Of a stretch of 64,000 nucleotides of DNA, positions 56,392 through 64,000 are shown piece by piece. The stretch comes from an uncultured archaeon. GTDB taxonomy: Archaea > Iainarchaeota > Iainarchaeia > Iainarchaeales > VGJJ01. The stretch covers positions 1,212 to 65,211 of the forward strand of contig CAZKYB010000002.1 of NCBI GenBank assembly GCA_964557045.1, given 5' to 3'. Both the position numbers and the translations under genes were made by a program. How positions within the stretch are numbered: position 1 is the stretch's first letter; each line of letters begins with the position of its first letter. The notes beneath the pieces are model-generated. The model saw only the letters and a program-made list of their open reading frames with translations, was not told where the DNA came from and did no database searches.

Positions 56392-57831
56392 TCACTCCCC
56401 GTGCGACTCCATTTCCATTGCGATGAGACGATTCAACTCAACTGCATATTCCAAAGGAAGCTCCTTCACCACATTCTCGATGAAACCTTGAACAATGAGC
56501 TGCATGGCCTGCTCCTCATTCAGCCCGCGAGACATCAAATAGAACAATTGCTCGCCGTCTATCCTACCCACAGTGGCCTCATGCGCCACATCCACGGAGG
56601 GATTCATGATTTTCATGAAGGGAAACGTGTTGGAAATCGACTCATCATCCATCTGCAAGGCGTCACACTTCACGGAGACTTTACACTCCTCGGCATTCTT
56701 GTTCACCTTCACGTGACCACGGAACGTATTGATTCCACCCCCCTTGGAAATGGACTTGGCTCGAATAATGGAATGCGTTCTAGGGGCTACGTGATAGACC
56801 TTTGCCCCCGTGTCCTGGTGCTGATTCTTTGACGCTACAGCGATTGAAATGTGATCGGCCTTCGCCCCTTCACCCGTGAGAACGGAACAGGGATACAACA
56901 TGGTGACTCCGCTCCCCGTTTGAGCGGATACCCACTCCATCAGCGCGTCTTTACCCACCATCGCACGCTTCGTGTTCAGGTTGTATGTGTTGCGCGACCA
57001 GTTTTCCACACTGGAATATCGCATTCGAGCACCATTCTTGACAAAAATCTCCACACACCCTGCGTGCAAGGAATTCGCCGCATATTGCGGAGCCGAACAC
57101 CCTTCAATATAGTGGCATTCCGCCCCTTCATCGATGATGATCAGCGTGTGCTCAAACTGTCCGCCACGCTTGGCATTCATGCGAAAGTATGCTTGCAAGG
57201 GCATGTCCACCTTCACACCCTTCGGAACGTAAATGAATGTTCCCCCGCTCCACACCGCGGCGTGCAGCATGATAAACTTGTGATCGGTGACCGGAATACA
57301 CTTCGTCATGAAATATTCCTTCACCAATTCAGGGTATTTGTGCAGCGCCACATCCATGTCCTCAAACACGACCCCTTTCTTCTGCAAATCATCGCGAATC
57401 TTGTGATAGACCACATCACTATCGTATTGCGCTCCCACCCCTGCGAGGTATTTCTGCTCCGCTTGGGGAATGCCGAGGCGATCGAAGGTCTTCTTGATCT
57501 CCTGAGGGACCTCCTCCCATTTCTCGCTTCCATTCTTGGCATCCGGACGCGCGTAATAAATAATTTCGTCAAACTTCAACTTGGACAAATCGGGGCCCCA
57601 CGTCGGAGTGGGTGTTTCAAGAAATGCCTTCAGTCCGCGCAAACGAATATCCAACATCCACGAGGGCTCGTTTTTCTGCTTGGAAATTTCACGCACTAAC
57701 TCTTCGCTTACACCCGGCTTCGCCTTGTACGTGTGTGATTCCGTGTCCGCATGATCAAACACATCACGGTCGAGCTCAACCAGAGGAACGGCCTGCTCCT
57801 TTTCCGAAACAAGTGGGGCGTCCGTGCGCAT
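56392..57831 (-). CDS. sufB: SufB Fe-S cluster assembly protein.
   Basis: 479 aa SufB pattern (GGTFIYVPKGVKVDMPLQAYFRMN). Confidence 0.9.
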   Translation of the reverse strand: MRTDAPLVSEKEQAVPLVELDRDVFDHADTESHTYKAKPGVSEELVREISKQKNEPSWMLDIRLRGLKAFLETPTPTWGPDLSKLKFDEIIYYARPDAKNGSEKWEEVPQEIKKTFDRLGIPQAEQKYLAGVGAQYDSDVVYHKIRDDLQKKGVVFEDMDVALHKYPELVKEYFMTKCIPVTDHKFIMLHAAVWSGGTFIYVPKGVKVDMPLQAYFRMNAKRGGQFEHTLIIIDEGAECHYIEGCSAPQYAANSLHAGCVEIFVKNGARMRYSSVENWSRNTYNLNTKRAMVGKDALMEWVSAQTGSGVTMLYPCSVLTGEGAKADHISIAVASKNQHQDTGAKVYHVAPRTHSIIRAKSISKGGGINTFRGHVKVNKNAEECKVSVKCDALQMDDESISNTFPFMKIMNPSVDVAHEATVGRIDGEQLFYLMSRGLNEEQAMQLIVQGFIENVVKELPLEYAVELNRLIAMEMESHGE

Positions 57832-57833
57832 GA

Positions 57834-58208
57834 TTATCCCTTCCTCTCAAGAGTGGGAAGACCCAACCGTTCTTTGTCATGCAAAAAGTGCGCGCAGCCG
57901 GAACAATGATACTTTGTGTAAATCCCATCAAACGTTTCAATGAACTCGTGAGCAAGCTTGTCTAACAACTTCTGTCCTTCGGGAGTTAGCACGTACGCTT
58001 TCTTTTCCCGCTCCCCCGTGGAAGAGACGGCAATAAGCCCCTGCTTCTCAAAACGCGACAAGAGAGGGTAAACCGTGCCCGGCGTGAGGGGAGACGATCG
58101 GTGCTTGGATAAATCCTGAATCAGACCATACCCGTGACCCTCCTTTTGGGAAAGGAGCCAGAGGACTTGCAGCTCAAGCATACTTACCTTCGATATATCG
58201 ACAACCAT
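57834..58208 (-). CDS. PadR-family transcriptional regulator (winged HTH), first gene of the suf operon.
   Basis: HGYGLIQDLSK...PGTVYPLLSRFEKQGLI. Confidence 0.8.
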   Translation of the reverse strand: MVVDISKVSMLELQVLWLLSQKEGHGYGLIQDLSKHRSSPLTPGTVYPLLSRFEKQGLIAVSSTGEREKKAYVLTPEGQKLLDKLAHEFIETFDGIYTKYHCSGCAHFLHDKERLGLPTLERKG

Positions 58209-58314
58209 ACTATACCCTCGTAAAACCCTGTTTAAAAGGGTTTAGGGGCGATTGGCGAAGAATTGACCAAAAAGTGGAAATAAGCCTTTATAGGGCAAAA
58301 GCCTCCCTCCGAGC

Positions 58315-59772
58315 ATGGAGACCCACCCCCACTACATTGGAGGAAAATGGACCCGCTCATCGAGTGGAAGGAGTTTTCATTCCCTCAACCCCGCCACGGG
58401 AAAAACAATCGGAACATTTTCTTCTGGAACCAAGAAGGATGTCGAGAAGGCCATTGAGGCCGCCGAGAACGCCCTACCGAATTGGAGCGAAACACCCGCC
58501 CCTAAACGAGGAGACTACTTGTTTGAGATATCGAGACTCTTGAAAAAAAACAAAGAGAAACTCGCAACAAGAATGACCGAAGAAATGGGAAAAGTATTGA
58601 AAGAAGCCCGCGGAGACGTCCAAGAAGCCATTGATGTATTCGAATACATGGGAGGAGAAGGACGACGATTATTTGGACAAACTACTCCATCCGAACTAAA
58701 ACAAAAAATGGCCTACACGATGCGCAAACCCATTGGAGTGGTGGGCATCATCACACCTTGGAACTTTCCACTGGCCATTCCTGCGTGGAAAATATCCGCC
58801 GCATTAATTGGAGGAAACACCATTGTGTTCAAACCCTCCTCGGACACCCCGCGCTGCGCCTATGACTTGATGAAAATCATTGAGGAAGCTGGCATTCCTA
58901 AGGGAGTCGTCAACATGGTCACCGGAAACGCGGCCGAAGTGGGAAATCCCATCGTTACCAGTTCACGCATTCGAGGATTATCCTTCACGGGAAGCCGAGA
59001 AACCGGTAAATGGATCACCCAGCACGCAGGAATCAAAAAAATAGGACTGGAATTAGGAGGGAAAAACCCCATCATCGTCATGGACGACGCCGATTTGGAT
59101 CTCGCCGTGGATGGAATTCTCTGGGGCGCCTTCGGAACGACCGGACAACGATGCACCGCGGCTTCACGCGTCATCGCGCACCAAAAAATACTCAAACAGC
59201 TAGAAGAGAAACTCGTCAAGCGCACAACCCAACTCAAACTTGGAAACGGCCTCGACAAAAAAACGGATGTGGGTCCTCTCATCAACGAGAAAGCCGTGGA
59301 AAAAAGCATCTACTATTCGGGAATTGGACGCAAAGAAGGAAAATTAATATGCGGAGGAAAACCCCTCGACACCCCTGGATTCTTCTTCGAACCCACTATT
59401 TTTACGAACGTCAAACCCTCCGCGCGCATTGCACAGGAGGAAATATTCGGACCCATTGTTGCCATTATTTCCGTGAAAAACCTTCCCGAGGCCATCCGCG
59501 TGTGCAACCACACGGAGTATGGACTCAGCAGCAGTATTTACACCCGCAACGTGAATCAGGCCATGCAGGCCATCGAGAAGATCGAGGCCGGCATCACCTA
59601 CGTAAATGCCTCCACCATCGGAGCGGAAGTCCACCTCCCCTTTGGAGGAATCAAACAAACGGGAAATGGAACCCGAGAGGCCGGCATCGAGGGCATCCAC
59701 GAATTCACAGAAACCAAAACCGTGTACATCGACTATTCAGGAAAACTCCAGAAGGCCCAGGGAATCGACTAG
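58315..59772 (+). CDS. NAD(P)-dependent aldehyde dehydrogenase.
   Basis: ALDH signatures ELGGKNP and the catalytic Cys context (GQRCTAASR). Confidence 0.9.
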   Translation: METHPHYIGGKWTRSSSGRSFHSLNPATGKTIGTFSSGTKKDVEKAIEAAENALPNWSETPAPKRGDYLFEISRLLKKNKEKLATRMTEEMGKVLKEARGDVQEAIDVFEYMGGEGRRLFGQTTPSELKQKMAYTMRKPIGVVGIITPWNFPLAIPAWKISAALIGGNTIVFKPSSDTPRCAYDLMKIIEEAGIPKGVVNMVTGNAAEVGNPIVTSSRIRGLSFTGSRETGKWITQHAGIKKIGLELGGKNPIIVMDDADLDLAVDGILWGAFGTTGQRCTAASRVIAHQKILKQLEEKLVKRTTQLKLGNGLDKKTDVGPLINEKAVEKSIYYSGIGRKEGKLICGGKPLDTPGFFFEPTIFTNVKPSARIAQEEIFGPIVAIISVKNLPEAIRVCNHTEYGLSSSIYTRNVNQAMQAIEKIEAGITYVNASTIGAEVHLPFGGIKQTGNGTREAGIEGIHEFTETKTVYIDYSGKLQKAQGID

Positions 59773-59780
59773 ATGAAAAA

Positions 59781-60221
59781 TTAGAGATGATTCACGAGCC
59801 ATCGAATATCTTCCGTCGCAATCCGTGCGCGACGAATGCCAGGGAAGCCTTTGAAATTGGCTCCGGTGAGATGTCCTCGGCCATCAATCAAAACATACCT
59901 GTTATTTTTTAGAAACTCGAACAAATCACCATTCTCTTTAGCGGTTATTGCAATCTGACCCGCCACGCTTTTTCTAACCTTACTCAAATAATCCGAAAAA
60001 TGAGGGTCATTTTTAGAAAGATTTCGAAGGGCATGGAGATTGATCCCCCCAGTAAGATAACGGCGATGACCCCCCGCCGACAGGCCCTCCTCCCGACGAG
60101 CCAATGAATATTCAGACACGACATGCTGGAGATTCAGCGGAAGATCCAACACGCGTGGACGACGAAACAACATGCGCGGAGTTACGCGTATCTGACGAGG
60201 AGGGCGAGGCATGGTGTACAA
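59781..60221 (-). CDS. Hypothetical protein, third member of the Arg-rich paralog family.
   Basis: MPRPPRQIRVTPRMLFRRPRVLDLP..., NDPHFSDY and NRYVLIDGRGHLTG align with RPAFEAY and VRYVVVDYQYLGGT of 28191..28877. Confidence 0.45.
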   Translation of the reverse strand: MYTMPRPPRQIRVTPRMLFRRPRVLDLPLNLQHVVSEYSLARREEGLSAGGHRRYLTGGINLHALRNLSKNDPHFSDYLSKVRKSVAGQIAITAKENGDLFEFLKNNRYVLIDGRGHLTGANFKGFPGIRRARIATEDIRWLVNHL

Positions 60222-60310
60222 TTGAAAGCCACTAATAAAAAGACACCCGATAGACCAGCCATGTTACTGAAAATGGAATGATTTAAGTAGCCCGAATCAC
60301 TCCTCCGACC

Positions 60311-61549
60311 ATGAAAGTTAACCTACGAACCAAAATACCGGGACCCAAATCCGCCTCAATCCTGAAGAAGATGCAACAAAAGAACGGCGCCTTCAACATT
60401 GATCATTGGTACGTCCACTCAGGGGAAGGAAAGGGATCCCACTTCATGGATGTGGATGGAAACACGTACCTTGATTTTGCCGCGCAGATTGCCAGCAATC
60501 CCCTCGGATACAACAATGCAACCTTGCTGAAAGTATTGCAGAAATACGCCACGCACACCCCCATCAAATACGGCGGACAAGACTTCATCATCCCTCAACA
60601 CTTGGAACTCCTCGAAGAATTGCTCACGATTGTTCCCAAGTCCATGAATGCCGCATTCTTGATCAACTCAGGGGCGGAAGCCAATGAGAATGCATTGAAA
60701 ATTGCCTGCCACAAACGACCCACGGCGAAAATGGGAATATCCTTCTACAATGGATGGCACGGACGCACCACCGGAGCACTCAGTCTCACGAATTCACGCA
60801 GCGTGCAAGTGAGACACTTCCTCCGATTGCCCATGCGACACATCTCGTACAATGAGAATGGACCCGTGGAACTCGAAGAACTTATCAAACGAGAATTTGC
60901 CGCCGATGAAATAGGATTTGTCATCATGGAAGGCGTCCAAGGAGAAGGAGGATACATTCCCGCCTCCACCCCCCTCGTGAAGGGCATCCGAAAAGTCACG
61001 AAGACGTATGGAATACCCCTCATCTTCGACGAAGTACAAGCGGGAATGGGACGAACGGGAAAGTGGTGGACGTACCAGCACCACGGCATCGAACCCGACA
61101 TCCAAACCAGTGCTAAAATGCTCCAAGTGGCCGCCACGATTGCCAATAAGAAATGGTTTCCGCCCGAGAAAAGTGCCATATCTTCCACGTGGGGAGGCGG
61201 ACAACTATTGGATTTAGCCATGGGATCGGCGATTATTCGTGAAATCAAGAAGAAAAAACTCCTCAAGAATGCCACACGCATGGGGAAGCACATCCATGAA
61301 CGACTCGTCGAAATTCACGTGACCACCAACAAGATTCACCTCCCCCGAGGATTAGGATTGATGCAGGCCTTCGACATGGAAGACCCCAAGCAGCGCAACC
61401 ATCTGCAGCAAAAACTATTCCAGAAAGGACTCATCATGCTGGGGTGCGGATGGCAAGGAATGAGAATATCCCCCTCCCTGAACATCACCAACGAAGAAGT
61501 CGACGAAGGAATGGACATCATCGAGGAAACCGTACGAGGAATGAGGTGA
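60311..61549 (+). CDS. Class III (omega) aminotransferase.
   Basis: PLP-Lys region IFDEVQAGMGRTGKWW. 412 aa. Confidence 0.85.
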   Translation: MKVNLRTKIPGPKSASILKKMQQKNGAFNIDHWYVHSGEGKGSHFMDVDGNTYLDFAAQIASNPLGYNNATLLKVLQKYATHTPIKYGGQDFIIPQHLELLEELLTIVPKSMNAAFLINSGAEANENALKIACHKRPTAKMGISFYNGWHGRTTGALSLTNSRSVQVRHFLRLPMRHISYNENGPVELEELIKREFAADEIGFVIMEGVQGEGGYIPASTPLVKGIRKVTKTYGIPLIFDEVQAGMGRTGKWWTYQHHGIEPDIQTSAKMLQVAATIANKKWFPPEKSAISSTWGGGQLLDLAMGSAIIREIKKKKLLKNATRMGKHIHERLVEIHVTTNKIHLPRGLGLMQAFDMEDPKQRNHLQQKLFQKGLIMLGCGWQGMRISPSLNITNEEVDEGMDIIEETVRGMR

Positions 61550-61556
61550 ACGGATC

Positions 61557-62591
61557 ATGGCCAAAAAAATCGAATTCAAACCCTTGCATGAACTCATCGA
61601 CATCGAAGCGGTGTCCGGGAACGAAGGACCGGTGCGGAAATACATCCTGGAAAAGATCAAACCGTTCGTGGACGTCACGAGCGTGGACAAACTGGGAGAC
61701 CTCATTTGCCACCAGAAAGGAAAGAAACCCTCCATCATGCTGGCCGCCCACATGGACGAAATAGGACTCATGGTTAAACGCATAGAGAAGAGTGGACGCA
61801 TCTACGTGAGCGCACTGGGAGGAATTAACACCCTCAACATTATCGGACAAACCGTAGAGGTATTAGGAAGCCAGCCCCCCGTCAAAGGAATCATCACCAC
61901 GAAAGAAATTAACAACGACTATGAAATCACGGAAGTACCGGACATCAACCAAGTATTCGTAGACACGGGAATGACCCCGGCTCAATTAGAAAAACGGGGC
62001 GTGGAAATAGGATCCTACCTGAGCCTAGAGCGCATCGACCATGAAATTGGAAACCCGGACTTCATCACAGGAAAAGCACTCGATGATCGAATCGGATGCT
62101 TTATTCTGCTGGAATTGGCCAAACGCCTGAGAAAATCGGGAAGAGACATCTACTACGTGTTCACCGTCCAAGAAGAAGTCGGACTGTATGGAGCCAAAGT
62201 ATCCACGTACCAAATTGACCCCGACTTAGCCGTGGCTATTGATGTGAGCAATGCCAATGATACGAATGATGAACCCACTAAAATCATTGGAGAAGGACCC
62301 GTGGTCACCATGAAAGACGATGAAATGATTGGAAACGCGTGCCTCAACCAACACCTGAGACAATTGGGGAAAAAAATGAAGATACCAATTCAATTGGAAG
62401 TCAGCAACTTCGGAACCACCGATGCATTGACCATTTCACTATCCAAGGGAGGAGTCCCCGCCACCTCATTAGGGGTCGCGGTGAGAAACATTCACACCAC
62501 CCATTCTATTGCATCCAAGACCGACATTGCGCAATGCATCGACCTATTGGAAGCATTCTGCGAAAAACCCCCCGCACACTGCATGAAGTAG
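61557..62591 (+). CDS. M42-family aminopeptidase (FrvX/TET-like).
   Basis: M42 metal-ligand contexts (AAHMDEIG, DDRIGC, EEVGLYGA). 344 aa. Confidence 0.85.
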   Translation: MAKKIEFKPLHELIDIEAVSGNEGPVRKYILEKIKPFVDVTSVDKLGDLICHQKGKKPSIMLAAHMDEIGLMVKRIEKSGRIYVSALGGINTLNIIGQTVEVLGSQPPVKGIITTKEINNDYEITEVPDINQVFVDTGMTPAQLEKRGVEIGSYLSLERIDHEIGNPDFITGKALDDRIGCFILLELAKRLRKSGRDIYYVFTVQEEVGLYGAKVSTYQIDPDLAVAIDVSNANDTNDEPTKIIGEGPVVTMKDDEMIGNACLNQHLRQLGKKMKIPIQLEVSNFGTTDALTISLSKGGVPATSLGVAVRNIHTTHSIASKTDIAQCIDLLEAFCEKPPAHCMK

Positions 62592-62608
62592 GGAAAAAAA
62601 AGAGAGAT

Positions 62609-62914
62609 TCAATCCAGAATTATACGGTTTGAAAAACGACCCCGCGACCTCGCCTTGATTAATTGCTGACGAAGCAAGGAGGCACGATCTATCTTCTCAA
62701 AGGAACAAATCGCATCAATCACTTCCAAAATATCCCCCAATTCTTCGGAAGACCCGGAATCGAGAAACTCATGCACTTCTTCCAAAAGCTTCGCCCGCAA
62801 CGCCGACGCATATTCAGCCTCCGACGCCACATGGGTAGAAAGATGCTCGCCCTTCTCTCGGGCAATCTCTGGAATCCGATCCCGAATGAGCTTAGACGTA
62901 AAACACAACCTCAC
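62609..62914 (-). CDS. MazG-like all-alpha nucleotide pyrophosphohydrolase.
   Basis: KLIRDRIPEI...LLEEVHEF...EELGDILEVIDAI matches the MazG/HisE-like pattern. Confidence 0.55.
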   Translation of the reverse strand: MRLCFTSKLIRDRIPEIAREKGEHLSTHVASEAEYASALRAKLLEEVHEFLDSGSSEELGDILEVIDAICSFEKIDRASLLRQQLIKARSRGRFSNRIILD

Positions 62915-63153
62915 GGAATATTCAACAACTTCTTCAACGCGGGCTTATCAAAACCTACGACCACCTTGTTGTCAACCAACGTCACGGGAACACCGGACTG
63001 GCCGGACTTCATAATCATCTCTTGCGCCGCCTGCGTATCCTCGGCGACATTCACTTCCGTGAAAGCAAACTTATGCTCCTTGAGAAAATCCTTCTCCAAC
63101 CGACAGTAGGGACACGTGGGAGTGGAATAGATGGTGATTTTAGGAGCAGCCAT
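62911..63153 (-). CDS. Glutaredoxin-like protein (CPYC).
   Basis: KITIYSTPTCPYCR...GVPVTLVD. Start moved to MAAPKITIY. Confidence 0.75.
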   Translation of the reverse strand: MAAPKITIYSTPTCPYCRLEKDFLKEHKFAFTEVNVAEDTQAAQEMIMKSGQSGVPVTLVDNKVVVGFDKPALKKLLNIP

Positions 63154-63230
63154 GAGTGGAAACCTCGATACTAGGAATGGAATCCAGGATATTATAAAGG
63201 ATTCCCAAAATGTGGAAAATGAAGACCCCA

Positions 63231-63749
63231 CTACCCAGATGAATTGACTTCCACCAGAAGCTTCTCAATCACAGCCTTGAACTCGGCCGCTTCCGCATCC
63301 AAATCATCCTGCGTCTCATACGCATTCCCCACCCTCCAATACTTACACCCAAACAAATACGTGGGAACACTCTGCTGGGGATTCGTGGACGTGAACAAGT
63401 CTACTTCGGCCTTCGGAACCGCTGTTTCCTTTGCCGCTGTATACTGATTATTCCCAATGTCCAAATCCCAATGATACGCGGCAATCAGACCTTTGGCCTT
63501 GTACTCATCCATCACCCCATTAAACGTGGCATTCACCCAACGACAATGCGGACAGACCGTGGTCGAATACAATCGAATGATGGGCTTTCCATCCTCCGTA
63601 CAAATAGTGGCATTCGGAAGGGTCTGGAACGTGGTAATCGACGAAGGAGCGATTCCAGAAGTATCGGTCGACTCATACTTGGACGAGACGCACCCGGAGA
63701 GAAAAAGCAATACAAGAGCGGAAATCAAGAGAATCAGTTTCGTGTTCAT
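63231..63749 (-). CDS. Thioredoxin-fold lipoprotein (CxxC), extracytoplasmic.
   Basis: Lipobox MNTKLILLISALVLLFLSGC and a TTVCPHCRW redox motif. Confidence 0.7.
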   Translation of the reverse strand: MNTKLILLISALVLLFLSGCVSSKYESTDTSGIAPSSITTFQTLPNATICTEDGKPIIRLYSTTVCPHCRWVNATFNGVMDEYKAKGLIAAYHWDLDIGNNQYTAAKETAVPKAEVDLFTSTNPQQSVPTYLFGCKYWRVGNAYETQDDLDAEAAEFKAVIEKLLVEVNSSG

Positions 63750-63809
63750 CACGCAGAAAGAGTCATTGAAAATAAAAAGGAGTGGGGGAATTTCCCCCCA
63801 CCCCAACTA

Positions 63810-64000
63810 AACCTATCCGAGCAACGAATTCAACGCAGCCTCGAATGTGGAATAGGGCTGTGCACCCACCACTAACTGACCCGTTTCATTACGCAACCCG
63901 ATGACGAAGGAAGGAGTTCCCCCCACGCCCACTGTCTGACCCTCGGCCATATTCGCCGCGACGGCCGACGCATACTTGTTGTCGTCCACACACGCGTTGA
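63810..64000 (-). CDS. DsbA-like thiol-disulfide oxidoreductase, C-terminal part only. The gene continues beyond the window end.
   Basis: My own minus-strand translation of the window end gives ...VGGTPSFVIGLRNETGQLVVGAQPYSTFEAALNSLLG*. This is the DsbA-family C-terminal GTPtFvINGr...GAqpy pattern. Confidence 0.55.

Noticed and set aside
1-64000. CRISPR array or cas genes, IS elements, integrases.
   Set aside because: No regularly spaced direct repeats were seen in any intergenic region. No transposase, integrase or Cas-like protein was recognisable in any frame.

Overview
This 64-kb window is archaeal chromosomal DNA, judged from its gene content: Elp3, Pelota, ABCE1, RFC small subunit, an NreA-like protein, aIF6, prefoldin alpha, FtsY and SRP54, RadA, Pus10, Rpp21, GGGP synthase, and ribosomal proteins S19e, L39e and L31e. 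GC content is roughly 50%. Alongside this informational core the window carries central-metabolism genes (aconitase, isocitrate dehydrogenase, malic enzyme, a glutamate-type dehydrogenase and an aldehyde dehydrogenase), a complete SUF Fe-S cluster assembly operon with a PadR regulator, thioredoxin reductase, and a thiol-disulfide module (CcdA-like, glutaredoxin-like, a thioredoxin-like lipoprotein and a DsbA-like protein). The proteins are divergent, and the mix of TCA enzymes with a small set of scattered type IV pilus parts would fit a DPANN-like or Micrarchaeota-like lineage, but this is a guess I cannot confirm without searches.

Four tRNA genes sit near 19-20.4 kb: tRNA-Val(TAC) and all three tRNA-Gly isoacceptors (GCC, CCC, TCC).

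The most unusual content is a small operon on the minus strand at 10.1-13.15 kb. It encodes a 534-aa secreted protein with an archaeal class III (prepilin-like, DUF361-type QxSxEYLLLL) signal peptide and about 24 cysteines, followed by two unannotatable polytopic membrane proteins. A convergent 452-aa gene with lower GC, a very basic tail and no recognisable domain sits next to it. Elsewhere the window holds a FlaI/PilB-like ATPase (1.1-2.7 kb) and a PibD/FlaK-like prepilin peptidase (30.3-31.1 kb), but no FlaJ/TadC-like platform protein and no archaellins. This suggests a non-canonical type IV-pilus-related surface or adhesion system.

I also see a three-member family of paralogous Arg-rich proteins of unknown function, all on the minus strand, at 28.2, 42.1 and 59.8 kb.

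Other candidates worth a look are a membrane cluster of a His/Cys-rich exported protein with a CcdA-like protein and a standalone ATP-cone protein (25.2-28.2 kb); a divergent pair of a membrane-tethered winged-HTH one-component regulator and a secreted coiled-coil protein (48.5-50.1 kb); and a membrane-anchored Hjc-like PD-(D/E)xK nuclease (5.19-5.56 kb).

I found no CRISPR array, no rRNA, and no obvious IS element or integrase.
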